Positions 8,541 through 19,309 of a stretch of DNA of 64,000 bases are shown here, piece after piece; position 1 is the first letter of the stretch; the number at the start of each line of letters is the position of its first letter. A program made the translations under genes and the position numbers. The notes below the pieces were generated by a model. It was not told the DNA's origin, did not search any database, and saw only the letters and a program-made list of their open reading frames with translations. Location of the stretch: positions 1 through 64,000 of IMG/VR virus record IMGVR_UViG_3300035208_002958. One strand, given 5' to 3'. Source of the stretch: a virus (lineage: Duplodnaviria; Caudoviricetes).

Positions 8541-9940
8541 TTGACGCTCCCACGACCCTAAAGGGTCGGGGATTCTGAAGTCCTTGCGGATACTTCTTTC
8601 TGCCCTACAGATACCTTACCCGAAGCAATCTTCTTAGGCTTTTCTCTGTATATCATCCTTCGATCTGACAGACTTGACTTCCCCACCGTCCGTGGGTACT
8701 AAGTTCTTATTATGCGATATGAATGCCCAGTCACGTATATTACGAGCGGCATTAACATCACGATCATAGACTATCCCACATTCTGGACATTTCCATGATC
8801 GTTGATCCAATGTCAGTCCCTTATAGTAGTGACCACATTCATTCCCCGTTTTCGAGCTTGCTTCGAATCTACCGATTTGTAGATACCACTTTCCACACCA
8901 ATCAGTTTTGTATGTACACATGGAGTCAAATTGAGTCCATGCTACCTCACTGATAGCACGAGCTAACTTGTGGTTCTTCAACATTCCTTTCACATTTAAG
9001 TCTTCTCTGGCAATTGCTTGGTTCTCACGCACCAGTCGTGTACTTAACTTGTGTAAGAAATCGGTTCTCTTATTCACAATCGTCTGATGTAGACGAGCTA
9101 CCTTCAGTTGTGCCTTCTTTCTGTTCTTGCTTCCTTTCTGCTTATGTGATAGGTTTCGTTGCAGTAGAGCCAATCGTTCCTGTTTGGATCTTAGGAACTT
9201 CGGATTCTCTACAATTTCACCTTCACTGGTGACACAGAAATCTTTGATACCAACATCAATGCCTAGCACCTCTTCTTTGGATTGGATGGGTTTCTTAATA
9301 GGTATATCGGTTCCAGTCTCTACTATAATGGATATGTAGTATTCACCGCTTGCATTCTTTGATACGGTTCCTTTGCGGATATCACCTTCAATATTGCGGG
9401 ATAGTTTTACTTTGATAGAATCTTTGAACTTAGGTAGTTTCAATCTTCCGTGATCAAAATCTACTCGAATACCGCTTGGTATGGTATAACTCTGCTTAGA
9501 GTTGCGAGATTTGAATTTCGGGTACTTACTACGCTTTGAAAAGAAATTATTGAAAGCAATATCCAAATGCTCAAGAGCAGATTGAAGACTTTGGCTACCT
9601 GCTTCCTTTAACCATTCCGTTTCTGGATTCTTCTTCATAGCAGGAAGCATATTTGATAGGTCAAACTTGCTGGGGGACTTGCCTGTGAGTTGATATGCCT
9701 TTGTCTTCTGTTCAAGTCCCCAGTTATATACCCAACGACAATGACCGAATTGCTTACTAAACAATTCCTTCTGATCATCTGTTGGGTATATTCTGTACTT
9801 GAACGCCTTAATAATACTACACAATATAGTTTATATTTCCTAGAATTTCACATTTATTTTTCTAAATTGGTGAAAAGAAAGTCAAGGTTAGTCGCTTTCA
9901 TCCCCTCCCCTAAAGGGAAGGGGTTTTCTCGCTCCAATAG
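8541..9940 (-). mobile_element. IS200/IS605-family (IS1341-like, tnpB-only) element
   Basis: Subterminal hairpins at both ends, right end ...GCGTCAA, TTTAT immediately 5' of the left end. Confidence 0.8.
8634..9824 (-). CDS. tnpB: RNA-guided endonuclease TnpB
   Basis: KYRIYP, GIDVG, EDL, DRDVNAA; first Zn-finger Cys replaced (SKTGNEC). Confidence 0.93.
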   Translation of the reverse strand: MCSIIKAFKYRIYPTDDQKELFSKQFGHCRWVYNWGLEQKTKAYQLTGKSPSKFDLSNMLPAMKKNPETEWLKEAGSQSLQSALEHLDIAFNNFFSKRSKYPKFKSRNSKQSYTIPSGIRVDFDHGRLKLPKFKDSIKVKLSRNIEGDIRKGTVSKNASGEYYISIIVETGTDIPIKKPIQSKEEVLGIDVGIKDFCVTSEGEIVENPKFLRSKQERLALLQRNLSHKQKGSKNRKKAQLKVARLHQTIVNKRTDFLHKLSTRLVRENQAIAREDLNVKGMLKNHKLARAISEVAWTQFDSMCTYKTDWCGKWYLQIGRFEASSKTGNECGHYYKGLTLDQRSWKCPECGIVYDRDVNAARNIRDWAFISHNKNLVPTDGGEVKSVRSKDDIQRKA

Positions 9941-9982
9941 ATAAAAATAAAAGCACCTATGTTGAAAAGGTGCTTTTTTGTT

Positions 9983-10285
9983 TCACTCCACGAGCATACC
10001 TCGCTTCCGAAGCTCGTTAGGGTCCAGTCTAGTGGGGCCAGATATTACTGCGGGACAACCTTTTTTCTTCACCACATTATACCTAAAAGTTAAGCTGTCA
10101 CCGATACCGTTTGCAACACTACAAGTGGTATCCGTCCATGCATAACATTTATACTCAGTGGAATCAGTATACGCCTTACCTTCAGCCACAGCAGTTTCAT
10201 ACTTCTTTTTTGCATAATCCACTGCGTATTTAGCGTCACAACCAAGCAACATAACCGATAATGCAATACCTAATATAATTTTCAT
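9983..10285 (-). CDS. Putative lipoprotein
   Basis: Signal peptide with LLGC lipobox. Confidence 0.65.
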   Translation of the reverse strand: MKIILGIALSVMLLGCDAKYAVDYAKKKYETAVAEGKAYTDSTEYKCYAWTDTTCSVANGIGDSLTFRYNVVKKKGCPAVISGPTRLDPNELRKRGMLVE

Positions 10286-10310
10286 GTTATCTCCTTTTCA
10301 AATTGTGAAT

Positions 10311-10862
10311 TTACGTTGAACGCCACAAACCATTTCCCTGTCTAACATATTCCTCGATAATTCGAGTTGAAATTGTTTGAAGTTTCTTTTCCGAAAACTT
10401 TTCAGGAAACACACAGAATTCTTTGTCAACGCCAATCGTAGCATTGTTGTCTGAGAATGTACCCATCATACGAAGGATAACGTCCTCAGGAACTCCATGT
10501 GCGTTGCGTTCCACATGCTTATCATAGTCATCTGGATAGAAAACTACCGCAACCACTGCGGAACCATTGTCACGAGCAGCTTTCACATAGGGATTGTATT
10601 CACGCTGCCTAAGGTTGGTATTATCGCAGATAACGATATCAACACCATCCATGAGAGACTTTGTGAATGCACCCTTATTCAGGCCATGAAAATAACCAAG
10701 CTTTTTCTGCTCGAACTTGTATTCACCATCGACCATGAAATACTCATCAGTCGAGTGACACGCAACCGTAAACCCTGCTTCTTCCGCAACAGCTTTGAGA
10801 ATACGATTGAACGTACTCTTTCCAGATCCCGATATTCCTCGGTTAATCACAGCAATCGTCAT
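10311..10862 (-). CDS. AAA_33 / polynucleotide-kinase-like P-loop protein
   Basis: RGISGSGKST, STDEYF, DNTN, RNAHGVP. Confidence 0.8.
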   Translation of the reverse strand: MTIAVINRGISGSGKSTFNRILKAVAEEAGFTVACHSTDEYFMVDGEYKFEQKKLGYFHGLNKGAFTKSLMDGVDIVICDNTNLRQREYNPYVKAARDNGSAVVAVVFYPDDYDKHVERNAHGVPEDVILRMMGTFSDNNATIGVDKEFCVFPEKFSEKKLQTISTRIIEEYVRQGNGLWRST

Positions 10863-10915
10863 AACATTTCCTTTTTCCACCAAATATAGAAAAATCTTCT
10901 TATCTGTCAATCAGA

Positions 10916-11767
10916 TTATTCGATGATGGGGAAAGCTTCTGGATGGGCACCATTCACACGCCAAATAAGCTTTGTACATGGTTCGTCCTTACGCCAATAG
11001 TTCCACGATTTGATTACCAATGCAACTCGGTAGTCAATTTTGAGACTGGACTGTTCAGTGGCGTTTCCAAAAATCTGCTTCAACTGATATAGAGCACTCC
11101 ACTTGTTTCGCTGTTCAGGTGCGAAATCTTCGATATCCGTACCCAAAAGTTTCACGAACTCAATGGCCAATTTAGCATCCTTTCGCTTGGCGATATGATA
11201 GAATGCTGCCAGCTTAGAATGTGGGATGCCAGACTTTGCGTAATACTTAGCAGTATCATTGAAAGAGTCAATGATGTCCATGTTCTTATCGAGATATCGT
11301 TTCAACGTGATATTGTCAACCGATCTATTATCACGGAACATGTTTTCACATCCGATATCATTCAGATACACCAATTTAATAGCGGCTCCCAGAGGATTAG
11401 GATTTTTATAACCCATACTATGTAGAATGCTATAGAAACTCAGCTTTTTCTTGAGGTCGATATTTTCATCACGGTCAATATCAATCAAGAATGCAGGAAG
11501 AGTAAAGTTTGCATTCGCAGCACTGGTAAGACGATGTTGACCATCCTTATTCTTACCATCAGGATTCATGCAAATACTATCACCGTTGAAATACCAATGA
11601 CCATCTTCCATCAACTTCGTAAAATTACGAACCTGAACAGTGGAAAGCTTGCGATAGTTACCATTATCCTGTTCAATCCATTCACGTGCGACATCAGGTG
11701 AAATGTGGGCTGCATCGTCAATAGTCAATGCGTTTACTTGTTTACCAGCAATTGTAATCGTTTTCAT
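10916..11767 (-). CDS. ParB/Srx-like (DGQHR) domain protein
   Basis: ISP..A..W...N.R, M..G.W..NG, DGQHRL. Confidence 0.65.
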   Translation of the reverse strand: MKTITIAGKQVNALTIDDAAHISPDVAREWIEQDNGNYRKLSTVQVRNFTKLMEDGHWYFNGDSICMNPDGKNKDGQHRLTSAANANFTLPAFLIDIDRDENIDLKKKLSFYSILHSMGYKNPNPLGAAIKLVYLNDIGCENMFRDNRSVDNITLKRYLDKNMDIIDSFNDTAKYYAKSGIPHSKLAAFYHIAKRKDAKLAIEFVKLLGTDIEDFAPEQRNKWSALYQLKQIFGNATEQSSLKIDYRVALVIKSWNYWRKDEPCTKLIWRVNGAHPEAFPIIE

Positions 11768-12630
11768 TATGCATCTCCATGTTCACTAATCATAAACAAT
11801 TTCGGTTCTTCATTGGGAAGGCGAAGTCTCTTAACAGATTTTCCGGTTTTGAGATAATTGTACGCTACAATCATCAATGCAACCTGCTTGTCACCCTTCA
11901 GATTGGACTTCGACTTGTACAACCCATTATGCAAAATTTGGCGAAGTGCATACACAGGATGTTCGACATCGGCGGCTCTTTGATTCGACAGTACTTCCAG
12001 AAATTCATCAGCGATTTCAGGCTTATTGTCAACATATCGGGTAAGATAGTCAAGAACGATGAGATGGTTCAGTGCAGTAGTGAGGAAAATACCATCTTGT
12101 GATTTGATAAGATCAACCGATTTAATAAGATTCGGATGAGCCGAAATGGTATCCATGATGGATTTATGGGTAATACGATCTCGCACATTACCAATAATTC
12201 CTTCCTTAGAACCAGTAGTAGTTTCCATACGATGAAGAATCTTGGCGGCTGCACTGAGTGAACGAGGATGTCTGTATTCGTGTTTATCCAGATATTGGAC
12301 AATATTACGAGGACGACCTGTATCTTTCGTTAGTTTACCTTCTTCAGTAACTCCCCATACAATGAAAGTTCTGAATGGAACGTTTGCTTCAACACACGCA
12401 GCCAGTCGCAGTCTGCCATCGATCAAACGACCGTTGCTGTCCAATACGATAGTGGCACCATTGAAATCGAATGTACCCCCTTTCAATTCAGATACAAGCA
12501 ATGCAAGTTCCTTGGAATCGAGGGGTTTGGGACATTTGTGATTGGTAAGTAATTCAGATGCCATTTCAGGCGTAATGAGGACAGAATCCTCAATCGTATA
12601 CCGTGGATGGCCATACTTGTCGTAGTACAT
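11767..12630 (-). CDS. ParB/Srx-like domain protein, paralog of the adjacent gene
   Basis: ITPEMA..LL, G.F.FNG.TI, LIDGRLRL.A, DTGRPR. Confidence 0.65.
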   Translation of the reverse strand: MYYDKYGHPRYTIEDSVLITPEMASELLTNHKCPKPLDSKELALLVSELKGGTFDFNGATIVLDSNGRLIDGRLRLAACVEANVPFRTFIVWGVTEEGKLTKDTGRPRNIVQYLDKHEYRHPRSLSAAAKILHRMETTTGSKEGIIGNVRDRITHKSIMDTISAHPNLIKSVDLIKSQDGIFLTTALNHLIVLDYLTRYVDNKPEIADEFLEVLSNQRAADVEHPVYALRQILHNGLYKSKSNLKGDKQVALMIVAYNYLKTGKSVKRLRLPNEEPKLFMISEHGDA

Positions 12631-12734
12631 ACGAACTCCTTTATAAGCGTTTAACTTTCTGTACCGAAGCTTTAGAATCTTCGGGGATGGTAGGAAATAT
12701 AGAAAAACATTCCGTTTTGACATATATTTTTTAT

Positions 12735-14044
12735 CGGAATTCGTGAGAGAAAACCGCTAGGTCTTCAGCCTAGTGGATGAATCGAACAAAATAATTTAAC
12801 TTTTTCTTGCCATTGGAATAAAAATAAACTATATTCTATAATAGAATGAAAGAAGTATTGAAGTCATATAGATATCGGATAGAACCGAATGCCGAACAGA
12901 AGATTCTGTTGAACAAGCATTTTGGTTCAGTCCGTTATGTATATAACTATTTCCTCAACGAGAGGAAGAATCAATACAGAGAAACTAAGAAATCAGATAA
13001 TTATGTAGCACAGGCTAATAAGCTAACCAAGTTGAAGAAAGAAGAATCAACCGTTTGGTTAAAAGAGATCAATTCCCAGACACTCCAGCAGACTTTGAAG
13101 AATTTGGAAGCTGCGTATCTTAACTTCTTTAGAGGAAATTCAGAGTTTCCTAGTTTCAAATCAAAAAGATCAAAGAACTCATTTCGTGTTCCTCAACACA
13201 TAACAGTTGAGGACGGAAGAATCCGAGTTCCGAAATTCAATGACGGAATCAAGTTAATCAAACATAGAGAGTTCAAAGGTGAGATTCGCCAATGCACATT
13301 CTCTAGAGATTGCAGGAATCAATACTTCGTATCAATATTAGTAGCAACCACACATGAACAATACCCACAAACAGGTAAGGCTGTGGGTATTGATTTAGGT
13401 ATTAAGGACTTCGCTATAACTAGTGATGGCATTAAATACAGGAATCATAGATATACTAAGCGATATGAAAGAGAACTGAAAGTAGCACAACAACATCTTT
13501 CTCGTAAACAAAAAGGTAGTCATCAATCTGAAAAACAAAGATTGAAGGTTGCTCGTATTCACGAGAAGATATCAAATTCACGAAAAGATAATCTTCACAA
13601 GATATCTTCCAAGCTAATTGCATCGTATGATGTGGTATGTCTGGAAGATTTGAATGTGAAAGGTATGGTGAAAAATCATAAGTTAGCTAAACACATTTCA
13701 GATTGTGGTTGGGGATTGTTTGTATCCATGTTAGAATATAAAGCTAAGTGGAATGACAAGCAGATTGTTAGAATCAATAGATTCTTCCCATCATCCAAAA
13801 CCTGTAATGAATGTGGGTGGATCAAGTCTGATTTGAAGTTAGATGATCGTGAATGGGTATGTGAATCATGTGGATGTGAACATGATCGAGATGTAAATGC
13901 TGCTAAAAACATATTAACGGAAGGTGTAAGCCTTCTCTCGTCAGGAACTGGCGAGTACACTGATGGAGATGATGTTAGACTCAGAAATGAGCAGTTGTCT
14001 GCGAAGTCAGAAGCCCCTGAGTCTTTAGCTCAGGGGTAGTTCAC
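12735..14044 (+). mobile_element. IS200/IS605-family tnpB-only element
   Basis: Left end CGGAATTCGTGAGAGAAA after TTTAT; right end hairpin ...CAGGGGTAGTTCAC; ends homologous to the 47414..49168 element. Confidence 0.88.
12846..14039 (+). CDS. tnpB: RNA-guided endonuclease TnpB
   Basis: GIDLG, EDL, CxxC/CxxC, DRDVNAA all intact. Confidence 0.95.
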   Translation: MKEVLKSYRYRIEPNAEQKILLNKHFGSVRYVYNYFLNERKNQYRETKKSDNYVAQANKLTKLKKEESTVWLKEINSQTLQQTLKNLEAAYLNFFRGNSEFPSFKSKRSKNSFRVPQHITVEDGRIRVPKFNDGIKLIKHREFKGEIRQCTFSRDCRNQYFVSILVATTHEQYPQTGKAVGIDLGIKDFAITSDGIKYRNHRYTKRYERELKVAQQHLSRKQKGSHQSEKQRLKVARIHEKISNSRKDNLHKISSKLIASYDVVCLEDLNVKGMVKNHKLAKHISDCGWGLFVSMLEYKAKWNDKQIVRINRFFPSSKTCNECGWIKSDLKLDDREWVCESCGCEHDRDVNAAKNILTEGVSLLSSGTGEYTDGDDVRLRNEQLSAKSEAPESLAQG

Positions 14045-14062
14045 AGAAAGAGGAAATTTAAG

Positions 14063-14257
14063 ATGTACGAACCAAATTTTAACAGTGAGTTTTATGAAGA
14101 CGAGGGTGATCCACTTGCAGCGTTCCGCAAACAGTATAGAGGTGCTGTAGTTGGAAAGAATGGGGTAGATCCATTCAAAGATGATCCCGATGTAATTCAA
14201 TCTGGACGTGAAGAAAAACTAAGAGAATCTGAGAAAAACAGCGGATTTGGACAATAA
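14063..14257 (+). CDS. Hypothetical protein
   Basis: GAGGA SD, ATG start. Confidence 0.5.
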   Translation: MYEPNFNSEFYEDEGDPLAAFRKQYRGAVVGKNGVDPFKDDPDVIQSGREEKLRESEKNSGFGQ

Positions 14258-14418
14258 AACTTCTCGCTTCCCAAATTGTAAGTAGATACAATTCTAATGC
14301 ACCGATTCATTCGGTGTATTCTACTTTATCCATGTTCTCGATTCCGAGCAAAAAATGATTATATAAATGGGTTTTTATAAACTGTAATAAACACCCTGTT
14401 TAATCAAAAGGTAATATC

Positions 14419-15801
14419 ATGGATAGAAAAACATTTTTGCTTGAAGGAATGAAAGTATGGGATGCTTACCAGAAGGCTAAGCCGTATCTCATGTTCGGTA
14501 ACTTCATTGAAAGTCTTAAAAGAGAAGACAATACAGCTTTGATCGAATCGATTCAGGCTGGTGTAATGGCAGTACTGGAAGGTAAGATTTACAACTCAAT
14601 CGACCCCGATGGAAGTCTGATGAAGCATTCTCAGCAGATTATGAGTGACCCGAAAAAAGCACTCGCTGCTGCTTCTGGTAAAGACAAACAAGGTTTGCAG
14701 CTCATCATCTATCCTATGTTGGCAAACAAAGCAGAAGATCTCGCTAAAGGTCTCAGCTCCAACAAGGTAAAGAAAAAGGCCGAATCTGAAATTAATGAAG
14801 GTGATATCACCAGTGGTGAAATGATTTTCACCAAATTGCTCAACGCTGCATTCGATAAACTGGATCAGCTTGATGCAAGCTATTTGGAAAAAGCTCTTGC
14901 TGAAAATCCTTCCGAAAAAACAATCAGCAACTTCTTCTGGAACTTTGTTGATAATTTCGTTGTGCCCGAAGTTAGAACTTCCCTAAGACGCAAACTGGAA
15001 AAGAACTTTGTTCCTAATGAAGGTAATGTACAGGGCAAGTATGCCATGTATACCAAAGAATATAAGAGGGAACATGGTGAGAAGAACAAGAGTGGAAACT
15101 ATGATGTAGCACCAGAAAAGCAGTTCGGTACTGTAGTTCAAGACAACGGTGAAACATTGACAATCAAGTGGAAGGGTGTTAAAAAGCCTCACACTAATAA
15201 GTTCATTATCGCTCCATTTACCGAAGAAGTTCCTCGTGCTGATGTTGATGTATACGATATGGTTGATCCATCCAAGTTCGGTGACAGCTCTAGACTCGAT
15301 CTGGATCAGGGTGATGGTGACGCACATGAAAAAACGGTCGATACGAATGCATCTGTACCCGGAGAAGAAGACGAAACTCCTACCGCTGAACGTGGTAGCA
15401 AAGTAGTTAACGCTGTATACGACATCATTAAATCACTGGGTCTTAAGGAACCTGTGGAAAAAGCACTTGAAGCGTATGTTCAAGGTACTATGAGCTATGA
15501 CAAAGCTGCGTATGAACAAGCCAACACCAAACTCAAGAATCTGAGACGTGATGTTGCAAATGGTCGTATTGACCCCGAAGAAGGTAAGCAACGTATTGCA
15601 GAAGCTGAGAAGGAATTCGAAGCAACTAAAAATAAGACTGGTCTGATTGGACTTGCTAACCAGTTCGGTGTATCCAGAGATGATGTTAACAACGCACTCA
15701 GAAAGCTGTACAAAGCAGTATCCGAGAGCGATTATCTCAAGGCTGAAAACGAACGCTCTAAAGAACTTATCGCCAAGGGTGGAAATCCGTTCGAGGCATA
15801 A
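14419..15801 (+). CDS. Putative late/virion internal protein
   Basis: TATAAACT promoter; shared N-terminal motif (see findings). Confidence 0.55.
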   Translation: MDRKTFLLEGMKVWDAYQKAKPYLMFGNFIESLKREDNTALIESIQAGVMAVLEGKIYNSIDPDGSLMKHSQQIMSDPKKALAAASGKDKQGLQLIIYPMLANKAEDLAKGLSSNKVKKKAESEINEGDITSGEMIFTKLLNAAFDKLDQLDASYLEKALAENPSEKTISNFFWNFVDNFVVPEVRTSLRRKLEKNFVPNEGNVQGKYAMYTKEYKREHGEKNKSGNYDVAPEKQFGTVVQDNGETLTIKWKGVKKPHTNKFIIAPFTEEVPRADVDVYDMVDPSKFGDSSRLDLDQGDGDAHEKTVDTNASVPGEEDETPTAERGSKVVNAVYDIIKSLGLKEPVEKALEAYVQGTMSYDKAAYEQANTKLKNLRRDVANGRIDPEEGKQRIAEAEKEFEATKNKTGLIGLANQFGVSRDDVNNALRKLYKAVSESDYLKAENERSKELIAKGGNPFEA

Positions 15802-15817
15802 GATACTATCCATGAAC

Positions 15818-15845
15818 AAAAAAGGCACCTTTGGTGCCTTTTTTA
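15818..15845. terminator. Bidirectional terminator between convergent genes
   Basis: AAAAAGGCACC-ttt-GGTGCCTTTTTT. Confidence 0.8.
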
Positions 15846-16133
15846 TTTGTGATTTTTACTGATGCTATGATCGTAGTAGTCAGGAGATTTCTTCTTAATC
15901 CACGTGATAAACTTAGCAATATCAGGATGTTGCTGCAATGATTCGATATTGTTGTACACTGCTGCCAAATCTGCTTCCGTAAACACAGAATGAATCTTGA
16001 TATGACACACACGATGAATAATTGCAATAGGGCCTTTGGCACCACCTTTCATTTTAGGAATTAGGTGATGCTTGCTTTCCTCACTTCGTGGCAATTCACG
16101 TCCGCATAACGGACATGTGACAATATCACTCAT
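15843..16133 (-). CDS. Small HNH endonuclease
   Basis: CPLCGR, HHLIPK..GG, CH.KIH. Confidence 0.8.
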   Translation of the reverse strand: MSDIVTCPLCGRELPRSEESKHHLIPKMKGGAKGPIAIIHRVCHIKIHSVFTEADLAAVYNNIESLQQHPDIAKFITWIKKKSPDYYDHSISKNHK

Positions 16134-16455
16134 CGTCTACATCACCTTCATCATCTACATCACCTTGATCGTACAGTCTATCGATGATCTGCTGCATACG
16201 CTGACGACCAACAGGATTCGCACTCACAATACGAATTTCAGTGGTGGGTAGGAAGTAACGGTTCTCTTCCAACCAACACAGAATATCGTACCCAGTGTAC
16301 TCTCTGCCGTCATCATCGAAACAACCGAGGTCATGATCGATCAGTAGGACATCCCACTCTTCTTCTTGGAGAGCAGCAATGCCATCTACGTAGGTTCGTG
16401 CGACTCGATCTGCCTTGAGGTTACGCACATCATCGATAAGAAGTGTCTTAATCAT
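16126..16455 (-). CDS. Cyclic-phosphate-processing receiver-like domain protein
   Basis: LIDD.R, DHDLG, TGYD...WLE, SANPVG..RM. Confidence 0.75.
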   Translation of the reverse strand: MIKTLLIDDVRNLKADRVARTYVDGIAALQEEEWDVLLIDHDLGCFDDDGREYTGYDILCWLEENRYFLPTTEIRIVSANPVGRQRMQQIIDRLYDQGDVDDEGDVDDE

Positions 16456-16612
16456 TTTCCTTTCCTTTGAAATGCTTACCAGCAAAATATACCGGATATT
16501 TCCACACTTTGAACAGCCTTTTCATTTCCATACAGAACATATTTTCTTCATATGATGGGTAGCAAATAAATATACATAATTTGTGCCTGATTTGTGAAAA
16601 ATATGATTACGG

Positions 16613-17041
16613 TTACAGAAGCTCAAGCTTCCCAGTAATCGGATCAATCTCCTCGCTATATGCAGGTCCAATGGCAATACAAGTATTGGTCGGCTGTCCG
16701 TTGAACTCAGTCAGACCAGCATCGGTAATGAGAGCACAGGGGAGACCAGATTTCTTGGCCTGTTGATATAGAGCCAACAGTTCTTCCTCAGTTTCCACAC
16801 TCGCACATACCTTAGTAAACCGCCCACCCAGCCATTCTCGTAGCACTTTTCCAAGGAAAATAAACCACAGGAACTTGGTCGGCTTGAATACCATCGACAA
16901 CACTGCTGCCATAGATGCGTGAGCACCCTGAGCAACCATTTTTCCAGTACGAAGCTTCCGATTGACAATCTGTCCTTTTTCTTCAATCGGGAACTTCTTT
17001 CGCATTACGATAACTTGTTTCACATTAGTCATTTTTACCAA
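16613..17041 (-). CDS. pth2: Peptidyl-tRNA hydrolase Pth2
   Basis: KQVIVMR, GKMVAQGAHAS, DAGLTEF, T..AIGP, ID.ITG.L.LL. Confidence 0.92.
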   Translation of the reverse strand: MVKMTNVKQVIVMRKKFPIEEKGQIVNRKLRTGKMVAQGAHASMAAVLSMVFKPTKFLWFIFLGKVLREWLGGRFTKVCASVETEEELLALYQQAKKSGLPCALITDAGLTEFNGQPTNTCIAIGPAYSEEIDPITGKLELL

Positions 17042-17299
17042 ACCAGTTTAATTGTGCATTCTTGCAGTCCTCAGATTCAATGTACTTGAGTACACTCATC
17101 GAAATCTGCTCTTTTTTCGGATTACCCTTCTTCATGACGATCCCGTAATCCTGAAGATCGAACATCCCACCAACCGTATTTTCTTCATAGCGACTCCTTT
17201 CCATTAAGGTTTCTGATGAATATAGAAAATTATTTTCTTTTGTCAAATAAAAAAGGACGATATTTCTATCGTCCTTTGATGTATCAACATTTGAGGGAA

Positions 17300-17578
17300 T
17301 TATGCACCTCGGCTACCACAGTTGGGAGCACGATCACATCCAGTATCCTTTGATTGCACATCAGCTTCGGTGAATACCTTTTCTACTACCAGTTCCAGAC
17401 GACCTTCGTCATACCAGAGTGCAGTAGGTTCGGAGAACTCATCCTTGGGCTTTGCGGTCACCAGATACTGATTACATCCAGTAAGGTAGAAGGCGGTGCC
17501 CGTGATAGTACCAGTAAATCCAGTAATTTTTTCACGAACCTTGCTTCCATTTTCGAACTTGAATTCACGTTGGATCAT
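17300..17578 (-). CDS. Conserved phage hypothetical protein
   Basis: ITGFTG..TG...YLTGC.QY, W.DE.RL. Confidence 0.65.
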   Translation of the reverse strand: MIQREFKFENGSKVREKITGFTGTITGTAFYLTGCNQYLVTAKPKDEFSEPTALWYDEGRLELVVEKVFTEADVQSKDTGCDRAPNCGSRGA

Positions 17579-17589
17579 AGTGCAGTTCC

Positions 17590-18267
17590 TTACAGAGAAG
17601 CCAGAATGTCATCGTTGGCGGAGTTGCCCATCGCCTTCTCGATTTCAGCGTCCAGAGTGTCACCACCGGACTGTGCTTCGTTCAGGGCGTTCGCTTCGTC
17701 CAGACGCATCTGCATCTTGGTCTTGCGGTCCTTGAACTTGGCCAGAGAACTTTCGGTGTTCGCAGTGTTGACGGTAGCCAGAGCTTCGGTAGACTTGGTC
17801 ACCTGCTCCATCGCCTTCATCGAACGCAGATCACGTTCAGCTTCTTCCTTGCCCTTACGCAGCTTCTCGACATTTTCTTCCTGCTGCTTCAGGTGAGTCT
17901 GGGTCTGCTTCAGACTGGCCTTCAGAGGTTCGAGTTCATCACCGATGGACTTGATGTCTTCCACAACCTTCATCAGAAGGGCTTGCTTGGACTTGTCCCC
18001 GCCTTCGACAGCGGCCTTCAGATCGGAACCAACGGTACGTCTGGCCTTCAGCTTGTCTTCCAGTTCCTTGATTTCACGCTTCACCTGCATCTCGGTGGCC
18101 TTCATCTTGGCAACGTTGCCCTGAGCGGTGGCCAGATCAGCCCGAATGTTCTTCAGGTCATCTTCAGCGTAGCCGATGGGGTTGGAATCTTCGATGGCCT
18201 GAGCTGCCTGATCAGCCTTGATGTCAGCAGACTTCTTCACAGTTTTGAACAGATTGAAAAATCCCAT
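17590..18267 (-). CDS. pspA: PspA/IM30 (ESCRT-III-like) family protein
   Basis: MGFF N-terminal amphipathic helix, IED.NP motif, ~225-aa coiled coil, acidic C-terminal DDILA.L. Confidence 0.75.
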   Translation of the reverse strand: MGFFNLFKTVKKSADIKADQAAQAIEDSNPIGYAEDDLKNIRADLATAQGNVAKMKATEMQVKREIKELEDKLKARRTVGSDLKAAVEGGDKSKQALLMKVVEDIKSIGDELEPLKASLKQTQTHLKQQEENVEKLRKGKEEAERDLRSMKAMEQVTKSTEALATVNTANTESSLAKFKDRKTKMQMRLDEANALNEAQSGGDTLDAEIEKAMGNSANDDILASL

Positions 18268-18269
18268 TG

Positions 18270-18695
18270 TTATTCTCCTTCTTCGTTGGAAAGTTGTTCA
18301 AGCATAATGAAGCTCTGAATGAATACAGACTTCACCGATGCTTCCAGTTCGTTCAGATCCAGATTCTCGACTTCGAGGGTGCTCTTGAACACCAGCTTGT
18401 GATCGGGAGTCAGAACGAATGCACCGTGCACGGCACCGTTGTTGGCACGGAGGAGCTTTTCAGCCAGTCCGTTCGGCAGACCGTTGGGGTAGGTTTCGAT
18501 TTCGATCATGGAAATGACCGTGTCATCTTCCACATCGACCACCACATCCAGACCAGTTTCAGCTTCACTTACGATGAAGAGGTCGGGACGATTGATTTCG
18601 GTCTGCTGAGTAGCAGCCAGCCAACCAATCTGAGACAGCAGTTCTGCTACCTTTTCAGCATTGGCGATTTCTTTTTCACTTACTTCGTAGGACAT
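18270..18695 (-). CDS. YbjN/CesT-like chaperone-fold protein
   Basis: LLRAN...VHGAF.L, L..ENLD..E. Confidence 0.65.
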   Translation of the reverse strand: MSYEVSEKEIANAEKVAELLSQIGWLAATQQTEINRPDLFIVSEAETGLDVVVDVEDDTVISMIEIETYPNGLPNGLAEKLLRANNGAVHGAFVLTPDHKLVFKSTLEVENLDLNELEASVKSVFIQSFIMLEQLSNEEGE

Positions 18696-18709
18696 TGTAC
18701 CTTCCTTTG

Positions 18710-19306
18710 TTAGAGAGTTTCACCAGCGAAGAATTTCACTTCGAAGGGCTGAACAGGAGATCCCATCCAAAATTCAACCCAACCATCTTCTGCATCACCT
18801 TTCCAGTCCATGAACCCATGAGGATTTTCACCGCAAGGATCATCAGTCTGATATTCGCAGATCGTTGTGATTCCAGTGTTATCGGGATCAGTGAATTCGA
18901 TGCCGAAGAAGGAACCAGCAGCTTTCTTTGTCCAGTTCACCGGATGGGATTCACCATTGCTGAACGGGATATCGATACAGAACTGAGGAACGAGATCTTG
19001 CCCATCGTCAGTCAGAACCATTTCACGAGCCTCGACAATGCTACCATCGTTGTTCAGGTAGTAGAGCATGAGGTCGAAGTCTGCATCAACCTGACGGATC
19101 AGGAACATGTAAGTCATATCGTCACGATTCTGGGGCTTGCACAGATACCCAGTGTAGGTAAACATGCCGTTGGGTTCGTGATAGACCCGTGTTTCGATGA
19201 TAATCATTTCGAGTTCGAACTCGTTATGATCGGTCATGGTCTGACCAGTGGAGAGGGAGATGATATCTCCCTTCTTCTTTCCGAGAAATTCAGAAACCTT
19301 GCTCAT
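18710..19306 (-). CDS. Acidic beta-rich protein, possibly DUF4178-like
   Basis: KKGDII.L start, E.W.G C-terminal motif, position in the PspA operon. Confidence 0.45.
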   Translation of the reverse strand: MSKVSEFLGKKKGDIISLSTGQTMTDHNEFELEMIIIETRVYHEPNGMFTYTGYLCKPQNRDDMTYMFLIRQVDADFDLMLYYLNNDGSIVEAREMVLTDDGQDLVPQFCIDIPFSNGESHPVNWTKKAAGSFFGIEFTDPDNTGITTICEYQTDDPCGENPHGFMDWKGDAEDGWVEFWMGSPVQPFEVKFFAGETL

Positions 19307-19309
19307 CAA

